DNA from: Fistulifera solaris
Taxonomy: Eukaryota
Length of the DNA: 64,000 nt
Direction of reading: 5' to 3'
Assembly (NCBI GenBank): GCA_030295235.1
Contig: AP026156.1
Coordinates: 186,001-250,000 of the forward strand
Every line of letters begins with the position of its first letter. The stretch's first letter is position 1. The notes below the pieces were generated by a model that ran no database searches, was not told the origin of the DNA, and worked only from the letters and a program-made list of their open reading frames with translations. Positions 23,648 to 35,400 of the stretch are shown in pieces. The position numbers and the translations under genes are program-made.

Positions 23648-26600
23648 TGTCAAAGCATGACGCCCTATGCGACATGGTGGTGTGTCGGACCGGTGCAAAG
23701 GTGACGTAAGCACGGCGGACGCACAAAAGATGTCGCGGGTGATTGCTAAGGTGAAGTGGGCGACTGGGTTTTACTCTGTAGGGGATCGTGGAACGGAGGT
23801 TTTCCCAGGTCGCATGAAGGATCGGAATAATTGGAGCATCAGTTCGAATGTGGAGATTTCGGAAGTGATGGCTAATGGAGGATACGGGTTTACTAAGGTG
23901 ACTAGGATTGACGGCAATATAGTAGGAGATCATGGGAAGTTATTTGGATGGACTAACTACCAGGATTGTGAGAGGATTGCATCGATCAAGAAAGTTTAGT
24001 TCTTAGTTCATAATCTGTAAAAGAGAGAGTTTGGAACAAGTTAGGTTTCATAGAGCGTTTCACCAGGGATCGAGTTCCGGTGGTGAGAGGAGAAGAAGAC
24101 AGAAGACCGCTGGAGATTTTAACACGCTTTAAAGCGTGGTGTTTAGTGTTAACCAAAGCGAAAAGAGCTAGAAGCAAGCAGCTAGAAGCTACGAAGAAAG
24201 ATGAGTGAAGAGGGTGATAAGATTGCTACTTTGCGTTACTATCCGTTGAACGACAAGATCAGCGGACACGGGTTATGATGGATGGCGTTACAAGACGATG
24301 GCGTATTTCAAGAAACGGGGTTGGGCAGAGGTGATTGACAAGGTGACGGTCAAGATCCCGACCAAGGAGGATGTCGAGGCGGACAAGGCAACGAAAGAGA
24401 CCAAGTTGTTGTTCAAGCACAATCAGGAAGTGTTCGAGCAACTTGTGATTGCGTGCGAGGAAGTTCCGCTTGGATTGGTGATGAGAGCTGATGGGGATGC
24501 AAGATTGGCGTTCAAGTATCTCGATCGAAAGTATGCAAGAAACTCGGAAGAGGATTTGGCAGAGGCGTTGGCTGCGTTCAGTCGTTGCAAGTTGGCAAAG
24601 AAAGAAGACGATCCGGACAAGTGGTTTATGGAGACGGACCGATTGAACAACAGGCTGGCTGCTATTGGAAGAGAGCATCGTAAGTCGGATGTTGAGTTGA
24701 AGGCGCATTACACCGGAAACTTACCAAAGGAGTACGGAGACTTGCTGACGGTTGAGTGGAAAACTCGCCGACTACGACGTGTTCGCAATCGAGGAAGAAA
24801 TTCGAAACAAGTGGAAGCGTGATTTCAAGCCCATCGACGAGGAAGCTGAAAAGAAAGAAAAGAACCATGCATTGAATGTGGAAAACGGCGGCAACAAGAA
24901 GAAAGGAGGCCGAAGAAGAAGTTCAAGGGACGTTGTCGTAACTGTGGCGAAGTCGGTCACAAAGGGTTCGAATGCAAGAAAGAGAAGAAGTTGGTCTGTT
25001 TTAGCTGTGGCAAGGAAGGTCACAAGGCGAATGAGTGTCCTGACAAAGCAGACAAGAAGGATGATGAGAAGAAAGACTTAAACATGTTCGTTGGAATGAG
25101 TTTTTGTTGCGAGGTGAATCAAGGCAAAGAAGAGTTTGTTGGGTCGACGGAAACAGAAGAAAGGTTTTTGCTCGACAGTGGTGCGACGTGTCATGTCGTT
25201 GTTGATGAGACGATCTTGACAAATGTCCAAGACAAAAAGGATGTGTTGATTGTCGGAAACGGAAAGGAGGTGACGACATTTAAGACTGGGACATTGACGT
25301 TGAGTACTGAGAGTGGGTTAGTGAAGTTGCAGAACGTCGCGAGTGGCACCTACGTTTGCAAAGAACATTATCAGTACCGGCTCGTTGGAGAAGCAAGGCA
25401 ATAAGATTGAGATGTCTAATGGTGTTATGACGATTACGGATGCCAGTGGAAAGCATTCTGTTAAGATTCCGAGGAAGAATGGAACACTTTACTACTTGGA
25501 GGCGACGCCAGTCATTGAAGGTGTCGATGCAGTGGAAAGTACGTCGAAACTGGATATCAACGAGCGCGAGAAATACGGACATGCGAGCAACAATCCGTTG
25601 AAGGAAGTGTCGAAGCAGCTTGGTATAGTGCTCACGGGAGAGAAAACGTGTGAGGCTTGTGCATACGCGAAAGCGAAAGCGAAGGCAGTGTGCAAATCAA
25701 CGCTAGTGAAGGCAACAAAGAAAGGCGAGCGCTTGTTTGTGGATACAAGTGGCCCGTACAAGATGTCGTTGGCGAAGAACTCGTATTGGATCTTGGTGGT
25801 GGATGATTTCACGCGCAAGGCATGGAGTTACTTTGTCGATAAGAAGTTGAAGATCAAGGATGTGATGGAGAAGTTCCTTGATAAGTTGAGTGGCTGTGGT
25901 GTGGAAGTCAAGTTCGTTCGATGTGACAATGCGGGCGAAAACGACAAGATGAAAGAGATGTGCGAAAAGCGAGGTATTACTATGGAGTTTACTGCGCCGC
26001 ACACCGCAGATGAATGGCGTTGCAGAACGGAAGTTTGTGACGATTCGAGACAAGGCCGTGGCGATGATGCTATCGGCAAAGCTCACTGATGAGCACCAGG
26101 GGAAGTTGTGGCCCGAAGCGGTGAATGCGGCCACAAGGTTGGACAATGCTGTGCCGAACCGGAACATGAAGGAGAGTCCGGATCTCTTGTGGTATGGAAG
26201 TCAGCCAAACTTCTTGCAGCACTTGGTGCAATGGGGTCGAGTTGGATACATGACTTTGAGGGACCCGCAACCGAAGATGTCGAAGAAATCGGTGCAGGTG
26301 GTCATGGTTGGATATGCGGACCTTCATTCGGGTGATACGTATCGGGTTTTCAAGCCTGAGTTGGAGATGGTGGTTCTTTCGCGTGGACGTCACATGGGCG
26401 GACTGGCACGGATCGAGTGGTTCAGTCGCGAAAGAGTTAAGGATGTTTGCCATCGATATGGAAATCGACACCACGGATGATCAGATTGGGGAGGATGTCG
26501 CTCAAGTCCCTACTGAAGCAGGGAGGAAAGAGTCTGGAGAGCCGGAAGTTGTCGAAGAGAAAGAGAGCGCGAAGGATAGTGCTCCAGTAGCGACTTCGGC

Positions 26601-28907
26601 AAGGTAGATTGGTGCGTGAGTTGGCGCGACTTCGGACGTCCTACAATGCAGCGAACCCCAATGGAGAGGAGGCTTTTAACGAAGCGGTCAACATGATCCT
26701 GGGTATGGATTTTGAAGACATGAAGAACGACCAGTATGTGGGTGGAGCGATCGACGATGCGAAGCAGTTTGTGTTGAATGCAGAGCTGATGTCGGATCCG
26801 GGCGAACCTGAAACGGTGAAGGAAGCATTGAGTGGGGAGGAAGCTGTTGAGTGGAAAGCAGCTTTGATGAAGGAGATAGAGAACTTCTTGAAGAGAAAGG
26901 CTTGGAAGAAAGAGCTACGCAAGAAGATGATAGCGAAAGGACGAAAGCCGGTTAGCTCGAAGTGGATTTTCAAGAAGAAGAATGAAGTCACGGGCTTAAG
27001 GTTCAAGGCGCGTCTGCGCACGTGGTTTTGTGCAGATTCCTGGCGTGGATTTCAACTTGTCGCACTCACCAGTGGCATCGGACACTTCGGTTCGGATGGT
27101 TTTATTGGTTGTGTTGTATAAGAGGAACGACAAGTGGATTGCTGAATTGATTGATGTTGAAGCGGCATTCTTGGAAGCGGGTCTTGATGAAGAAGTGTAC
27201 CTGGAGTGGCCTTATGGTTTGGTTGAGTTTGGCTACATCACAGAAGAGGAAGCACGCGAGTATGTGATACTGTTGGATAGAGCGATGTACGGTTTGGTTC
27301 AGTCGCCTCGACAGTATTATCTGCTGTACGGCAGTGAGTTGGAGAAACTGGGACTCAAGCAGTGCGCAGCAGATCCGTGTGTATGGTACAAAGAAGAGAA
27401 TGGAGAGGCTGTTTTGATCATTGTGGTTTACGTTGATGACTGCATTGTGGCTGGACCAAAAGAACAAGTGGAGTGGTTCAAGACACAGATCAAGAAACGG
27501 TTCAATATCGCTGAGTTGGGACCAATCAAGAAGCATCTTGGAGTTTGGTACGAGCGAAAGTGTGATGCTGCAGGAGAGTATTACGAAGTGAGAATGGATG
27601 ACTACAAGAAGGCGATTGTCAATGACTGGAAGGCACTCTCACGGCGAGTTGAAGGTGGAGAAGACGCCCGGTTATCCAAGTGAGTCATTGGTTAAGAGTG
27701 AGGAAGAACCGATTGACGTTGAAGTGTACAGGAAGTTTCTGGGTCGCATCATGTGGATGGTCAGAAAGGTGGCGCCAGAGTGTAGCAACGACGCGAGTTG
27801 GCGATGTTCATGGATAAGCCTGGAAAGGAGCATTGGAAGGCCATGAAGCGTTTGGTAGGCTACTTGGCAAATGCGGATGTGCACTTGAAGTTGCGAGAGC
27901 CGTTGAACCTAAAAGTGTATGCCTGGGTGGACTCGAACTTCGCCTTGAACAAGGAGACGAAAGAGTGTGACTGGATTCTTTGTTACGGTGGGCGGTGGAC
28001 TTTGCGTGTTTTCGAGCAAGTTGCAACCGTCAGTGACTTTGTCTAGTACTGAAGCCGAGTATTATGCGGCGTGTCGCGACGGATATCAAGTTTCTGCAGA
28101 TGTTGTTTGAGGAGTTGTTTCCAAAGGAGTTGACTCGGCCGGGTGTGTTGCTTGAAGATAACACCGGCGCGATCTTTCTGATGGAGAATCAAGTGGTCGG
28201 CAACAGGACTAAGCACATTGATATCAGGATGCATCATATCAGAGAGATGATGTCGAAGGAAGGAAACATGGACCCTAGGTTGGTTGTTAAGTTTGTCAAG
28301 TCGGAGAACAACATTGCAGACATAGCGACAAAGAATGTGACGGAGAAGGTTCATGATAGGTTGGCTCCCATTGTGCGTGAGGGACTGATGAGAGAGTTCA
28401 TTAGAGCCATCTTGGCGGCCGACAGGGAGGATGTCAAAGCATGACGCCCTATGCGACATGGTGGTGTGTCGGACCGGTGCAAAGGTGACGTAAGCACGGC
28501 GGACGCACAAAAGATGTCGCGGGTGATTGCTAAGGTGAAGTGGGCGACTGGGTTTTACTCTGTAGGGGATCGTGGAACGGAGGTTTTCCCAGGTCGCATG
28601 AAGGATCGGAATAATTGGAGCATCAGTTCGAATGTGGAGATTTCGGAAGTGATGGCTAATGGAGGATACGGGTTTACTAAGGTGACTAGGATTGACGGCA
28701 ATATAGTAGGAGATCATGGGAAGTTATTTGGATGGACTAACTACCAGGATTGTGAGAGGATTGCATCGATCAAGAAAGTTTAGTTCTTAGTTCATAATCT
28801 GTAAAAGAGAGAGTTTGGAACAAGTTAGGTTTCATAGAGCGTTTCACCAGGGATCGAGTTCCGGTGGTGAGAGGAGAAGAAGACAGAAGACCGCGGAGAT
28901 TTTAACA
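23648..28907 (+). mobile_element. Second, complete Ty1/Copia LTR retrotransposon nested in the first; flanked by CCTCCT
   Basis: LTRs at 23648-24124 and 28432-28907 (TG...CA, one 1-nt indel seen); PPT GACAGGGAGGA; domain order gag-PR-IN-RT-RH. Confidence 0.95.
24201..28444 (+). CDS. Copia gag-pol polyprotein (several 1-nt frameshifts)
   Basis: Two CCHC knuckles (CRNCGEVGHKGFEC, CFSCGKEGHKANEC), protease LLDSGATCH, integrase RLFVD/RCDNAGEN/NGVAER, RT YVDD, RNase H VDSNFA/STEAEY/EDN. Confidence 0.92.
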
Positions 28908-30307
28908 CCTCCTGAGCCCGATCCCGATCCTGACCCTTCAGATCCTGCTGATAAGTTCCTCAATGCACCACAAGACACTGATCCTCCCCAAGAAGCTGAT
29001 TCAACACTTTTGGTCAATGCTGCACAATCCAACAACTTGCACCTTGACCCCTGCGATATTCGACGTATTCTTTCATAGCTCCCGCTGACTAGTGCCAATC
29101 GGACACTGAGTGCAAACGTGCTTATCACGTATTGTGTCTCAATTGGACATACGTCATCCTCACTTGCTTCTTTGGTCGATCGTGGTGAAAAGGGAAGAGT
29201 CGCCCGGTTATGACGTCACGTTCATTGACAAGGTTTTGTGGCATTGTCACATTGGCATTCAAGGCATTGAAAACCACCAAGTGACCGGCCTTGAGATCAT
29301 GACTGTCGCCAACATTGTTCCTACTGAATTACCTCCTGCCGAACCTCCTCCTGTTCTTTTGGTCACTTCACGCACTGTGCCCAAATGTACTTCCGATTTC
29401 TTGCGGTTACGTCTTTATTTTGGCTGGATCAACAATGATGTCAGTATCTTTCTCCGCTTCTACTTAGGGCAGAGAGTACCAGTACTCTATGTGCTGGCAA
29501 TTATTGTCTTCCTTCCGAGTCCCCAGAAGTCATGGGTTACAGTGTCAATATTTCTGAGCATGTTTGCCCCACCCTGTCCTGGGCAATACTTACCGGATCC
29601 TCAGCAAGTAATTGTTCGCTCCCAGGTCCCTCCCTACACTCTGGATGACCCTACTTTGCGCGCTCTGACTGACGGGGAGTGTTCGCATTTGTCCACTCCA
29701 GTTGTACAATCTTGTACATCCGTCCTTGAAGTGGATCCTGATGCTATTGCTGATATCAGTCCTCCCGGCCGCTGTCAGTCCTCAAGTACAGACTGCTACT
29801 TATGGTTCCGAATTTATTGCAGCGAGAACGTGCGTTGAGCAGATCATCGATCTCCGCAATACACTCGCGATATTTGGGAGTACCAGTTCGCGAGAAGGCT
29901 TATATGTTTGGGGATAATGAGTCTGTCGTCAACAGTGCTACCATGGTACACGTAAAGCTACACAAGAGACATACTATGCTCTCTTTTCACCGTGTCTGTG
30001 AGGCTATTGGCGTCAGGAATGGTTGCATTCTTGCATATTCCCGGGGAGATGAATCCAGCTGATATTCTCAGCAAACATTGGGGTTATTCGCAGATATGGG
30101 ATCGTTTGAAGGCGATACTTTTCTGGACTGGAGACACCGCAGAACTGAAGAACTGAAGAGTACCAAGTACTACTTTGGGTTAGAGAGATATTTGTTTAGA
30201 GAGAAATGCATGTGTTAGTGATTAGGATTTAGGAAGAAAATGGAAGACCTTCGAACGAGAATGCGAGTCAGTTATTGCAGCCGCCCGTGCCTTCGAGAAG
30301 ACGGGAG

Positions 30308-31060
30308 TGACAATTTTCTTAGCAAGTTTGAGTCATGTTAGTGACTGATTTTCCATAGTATTTGTGTAGTCTACTACTTATACTACACAGAGACGGCGCA
30401 TCGGTATTGCTATTTAGACTTCGACTGTCTATTTGAAGATAGAGTCACTTGGATACCATTGGGAGATATTTGAAGTTGCAGTTACAGGGATTGGATACCG
30501 TTGAGAGTGCAACGTCGACAATTTTGCAGACGTGGACATGTTTCTTCTCTTGCCACGACTGACTGTCACGTAGACCTTCAGTACATTTCTTACGTGTCGT
30601 AGCCAACCTACGGAAGCCTACGGAGCTATGTTCATTTTCTACAGGAATTCAGTACTTGTTTTCTTTGCCACCTCAGCACAAGTTCCTGAAGATTGGAGAA
30701 AGGTGTGCAATCATTTTCCATTAGAATAGGTCTCACAAAATAAAAATGAATTAGAAATCAACCCATATTTACCGAGTTTACTGAGTCTTCTTTGTGTGGT
30801 GAAATTCTCAAGGTCACAAACCTTGCGAGTCGATCTACATCCTTTGAGTCCAGGCAGGCAGACAGTGAGTAAGTAACAACAAGCGCACTGTGTGGTTGTC
30901 TTTGCTGATCATTGCAATCAAAGAGAGTTTGCGATATCAGTGCTTTCGTTGTCAGTTGATCATCTCATCAAAGAGTGTTGAGTTGGTTGATTGTCGTCTT
31001 TGCGTGAGGATATTCCGCATTCAATTCCGTGAGCTATCTGTGCGCTCGGAATTTCTGTCA
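30308..31060 (+). repeat. 3' LTR of the outer Copia (753 bp)
   Basis: Direct repeat of 20476-21227, preceded by the purine tract GAGAAGACGGGAG. Confidence 0.95.
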
Positions 31061-32295
31061 TGAAAAACCCTCCAGTTTCATAAAGGAGCAGCTTGTATAA
31101 GTGGGCTTGTACGGTGTCCGGAGCGACGCCCTAATGCATCGGCAGCAGTCTGTACCAACTTCTTTAGCTTTTCGTTCCAGCGTGGGTTTTGAAGATGTAC
31201 TTGATCGGCGTTGATCTGTAACGTATCGCGGACAGTTCGGTCCACAATCGTCTCGGCCCCCTTTCCATGCGGAGCTTGTTCAGCAACTTTTTTCAACGCT
31301 GCCACGGTCGTCTCTGTGACTGGCAGCGAGACTACACCAACTCCCTGAACTGTCAGACCTGGTAGAACGGGAAGCTCAGAAGCCAGGCCTCCGGTGCAAG
31401 TCGAACCAGGTGATTCTAAATCATCGAGCAACTCTCTTTGTCCTCAATACGTTCTTGCATAGTAACATTGTCGTTTCCGGTCGCGTCAGTAGCCATGCCA
31501 GCCGTTGCGATTTTGGTAGTAGCGTCTTCACCTTCCATGTTTTCAATTTCGTCTGTGACGGGACAAGGATTAAAGACTATCGTTTCGTAAATGAAGACTG
31601 GCAAATTCACACGTCGCAAATACAGCTCCCTGTAGCATTAATCGTTTTCAACCCAATCGGAGTACTTGCTTATTATGATGGTCTATTTCATTGTTTCACT
31701 CCACGCTTTTCGAGAACATGGATTTTGAGGCACCCCAGAAAAAATGCGCCACGAGGTTTTCCAATGATGATGCGAAAATAAAACACGTGAGAAATAGGTA
31801 CCATGGGCGACTGTCCTCGTCGCACGGGAGGATGCGGGAAATTGGAGAATTAGCGAAAACGCGAAAAAAACTAAGGCTTGTAAGCAAAAATCAGAAAATG
31901 ACAAGAAAGAAAGTTGGGAACCGCAACAAAGTAAAAAGTATGGACATTTATATTATTCGTTCGGTGTTCGGTGAGGAATGACTAAAGTACAGTAGGTCCT
32001 ACAATGAATATCGTAACGTTGTGTTGAAGTTGAGTTAATGACTTATGGGATCTGAAAGACATGCACTAGAGAGTACTTTAATATCATGGCGAACTGCGAG
32101 CGACGAACGACGAGCGGCGATAGTGCTCATTAATATGACACCTCATTACTTTCTGATATAAGCCCAGAGCACTTTGAATACTATCTATTTTCGTGTTTAA
32201 GGAAAGTTAGTACCGGTTTGCTGGTAGGCTTAACAAACCCAACCAAAGTCAACCAAAGTCAACCAAACCCAACCGGACGCAAACCGGTACTCAAC

Positions 32296-32439
32296 TTCAA
32301 ACCGGTACTCACTTAGAAGCTACATGATTTTTGTACCAGGATTTTTCTTGTTTCCGATTTTCTACTGAAAATCAAACCGGAAACAACCGGAAACTACTGA
32401 AGCCAAGCGAAGCCAAGCGAAGTCAACCAAACCCAACCA
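32296..32439 (+). repeat. 144-bp direct repeat, copy 1 (copy 2 at 37415-37548)
   Basis: The copies differ by two substitutions and one 10-bp unit (GCCAAGCGAA). Confidence 0.9.
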
Positions 32440-35400
32440 TGCAGTACACTACATCGTCTTGTACATTCTTCACGTTCTGTCCTTAGAAGGTTAAGGGTCA
32501 CGGGATTCCATTATCGATTCGTTCTCACTTTATTGAGAACTGCGTCCTGCTCATCTTTTCATCGTAGTCTTTAACAAGCTATAATATCTTATTTCCATCA
32601 TTATCATCTTTATGCATTCCTTGTGAGTCAAGTCATTGTGATCACAGGCCTTCGCTCATATCGAATACACCATGGCAGCCAAGAAACTTACGAGTAATAT
32701 TTACTTCAATCCAAAGTATAAGGATGAAGAAAACGCTCAAGAAATCCAATTCAAGTGGGAACTCGAAGAAGTGAAATATCGACATCTATACCAAGCGATT
32801 GACGAAACTTGAATTTACGCCATTCATGAGACATTGCGCTCAAGTGCCTTATTATATCGGTCAAGCGATCGGAAGAGACGGATCGGAAGAGAACGAAAAG
32901 AAAATTGAAACATCGTGCATGCAAGTATTCCCAGGCAGCTTTCTCAAGCCTTTATTTCAGCTTGGATCGAAAGCAACGGAAAAACATTCAAAACGAAGAT
33001 CGAGAACTTCATTAACAAGTTTTACAAGCCGAGCACCAGCTTTAATCTCATCGAAGAGATCCGTAGCAACAAACTTCCTCCTTTTCAAGACGTGAGTCAA
33101 TTCAATATTATAATGGAGGAAGCGAACGAATGGATCAGTCTACTTCCAGGAACGACACCGAAACTTGACGAATCTGCTCTCAAACACGCGATCTACGTTG
33201 CAATGCCCGAATGGTGGCAAAGATCCTTCGACAGAAGCTCGTACGATCTAGCTAGGATCAGCAAAGCAACAGTTTTGGCTTACTTTATCAAACAACAAAA
33301 CATGGCAAAGAAGAATCCTCAAAACACAGACAAGAACAAAGGCAACGATTCCTCTAACAACAAATGGAAGAACAAGAATAGCAACACTAACCAAGGAAAC
33401 AACCAAGGAAACAAGAACAATGGAGGCAGCAACAAGCGCAAGACTTTTAAAGCAGTCGGTGATTGCCGAAAACGCGAATGCCCTCGACAAAAACGGAGTC
33501 AGCCATCATGATTGGAACGATTGCTGGTATAACCGACGCGGAAATAACTACAATCCAAACAAGATCCGCAAGCTAAGCGAAAACAAGAGCAACAATGGCA
33601 AAGCAGCACCTCAAGATCAAGCAAAAGTCGCTCAAGAAGCGCCTTCGAATCCGACAGGAATGATGGCGCCAAAACGACTTGTATCCCAATCAGTTCTATG
33701 GTATGTCATCGAGCTTTGTAACATCTGCGGAATGTCGTCTTCGCAGGGTGAATCCAATGCATCTACTTCTACATCATTCACATCTTTATGCGGCGACATT
33801 TATTATTCCGGAGATCTAGACATTAAATTAATACCAAATTACATGATACAACAGTCGCGAAGGCACGCCCTCGTCCTATTTCTATTATGTCAGTAAAATA
33901 TATTCAAGACCAACAGAATCATCATCCATTGAAAGTATTATTCGATTCAGGATCGGACCATACCATGTTTAATCGAAGAGCCTTACCAAAGGGTGCGACA
34001 CCAAAACTTCGTTCAAGGAAAACGTATTGTCGGTCTTCATGGTGTCGAAACGCACAACAACCAGGTTTTCTTAAAAGACGTTTCGCTACCCGAGTTTTCG
34101 GCCTCTCAACGAGTGCCTGGTCCACTTCCATGTATCGTTTTCGACAACGCACAAACGATCTACGACGTAATCATCGGAAATGACCTAATGACCAAGCTCG
34201 GAATTGACATCCATAGTTCAACAAAGACCGTATCATGGTTCGAACACGAAATACCGTTTAGATCAAGTGACTACTTCGCGCCGAACTATTTCTCAGCACA
34301 GTTTACTTCAATGTCCGATCTCCTCAAAAACAAAAAAGACAATTCATTTGAAGCCTATATCACAGAAGAACAAATTAAGGAGGCAGGATACAAATCAAAA
34401 GAGATCCTACCAGCAAGATATGAAGAAGTCGACACGAATGCAGTCGCACAAAATCAAGCTCATTTAAATGAAACACAAAAAGAACAACTCGCACAACTAC
34501 TATCGAAATACAAGCGTCTCTTTTCAGGCAAACTCGGTTGCTTTCCGGAAAAAGTTCATATCGATATTCAACCTGGAAGCAAGCCCCATTCATGCCGTTA
34601 CTATCCAATATCACCATACAACAGAATTACTTTCAAAGGCGAGCTCGAACACCTTGAAGCTATCGGCGTCCTCTCCAAATTTGGACCGTCCGAATGGCTT
34701 TCACCATCATTTATTATTCCGAAGAAAGACGGTCGAGTCCGATGGATATCAGACTTCCGACAACTCAACAAGGTTATCAGAAGAAAGGTTTACAACATCC
34801 CAATCATTACCGATATCCTCAAGCGACGGAAAGGATACAGATACCTTCTGAAACTCGACATCTCAATGCAATTTTATACTTTCGAACTTGACGAAGAAAG
34901 CAAGAATCTCTGCGTCATTTGTGCAGCCATTTGGAAACTACCGATACAATAGATTACCAATGGGAATATCACAATCTCCAGATATCGCGCAAGAGAAAAT
35001 GGAAAAGATCTTTCGCAACTTCGAAGACGTCGAAGTCTATATCGACGACGTCGGATGCTTTTCGGACTCTTGGGAAGCACATCTCAAACTTCTCGATCGA
35101 GTTCTAACGACACTACAAGACTATAACTTCACGGTCAATCCTTCAAAGTGTGAATGGGGAGTACAAGAAACAGATTGGCTTGGATACTGGTTAACTCCGA
35201 ACGGTCTTAAGCCTTGGAAGAAACGTATTGCACCCATTCTCGCACTCAAAGCTCCTCGAGACATACATCAATTACGAAGCTTTCTCGGAGCGATCAACTT
35301 TTACCGAGACATGTACCCTCGTCGAGCTCATATTCTTGCACCTTTATCAAAAGCGACAGCAATGAAAAGCAACTTCAAATGGACCGAAGAAATGGACATA

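Larger units (their letters stand above)
20476..31060 (+). mobile_element. Ty1/Copia (CoDi-like) LTR retrotransposon, internally deleted and non-autonomous; TSD TGAAA
   Basis: LTRs at 20476-21227 and 30308-31060 (TGACA...TGTCA); TGAAA at 20471-20475 and 31061-31065; polypurine tract (PPT) before 30308. Contains gag remnants from 22221, a protease-like 'SLVDRG' and RNase H 'TATYGSEFIAAR..GDNESVV..NPADILSKHWG' ending at 30156. No RT found. Confidence 0.92.
18526..31538 (-). pseudogene. 2OG-Fe(II) oxygenase array unit D, split by an LTR element (5' part ~31061-31538, 3' part 18526-20475)
   Basis: The 5' part ends ...YETGGFF and the 3' part resumes FKKHRDTEKEDGMFAT. Ends EPDAKRARADVDVIVID*. The start codon is uncertain. 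Confidence 0.85.

Noticed and set aside
23667..23999. Identical 110-aa ORF at 23667 and 28451 (and antisense ORFs)
   Set aside because: Lies wholly inside the duplicated LTR and has no recognisable protein features.
32221..32439. Short repeats suggesting a CRISPR array or telomere
   Set aside because: Irregular 10-bp tandem units with no unique spacers, no cas genes, eukaryotic context and no telomeric hexamer array.
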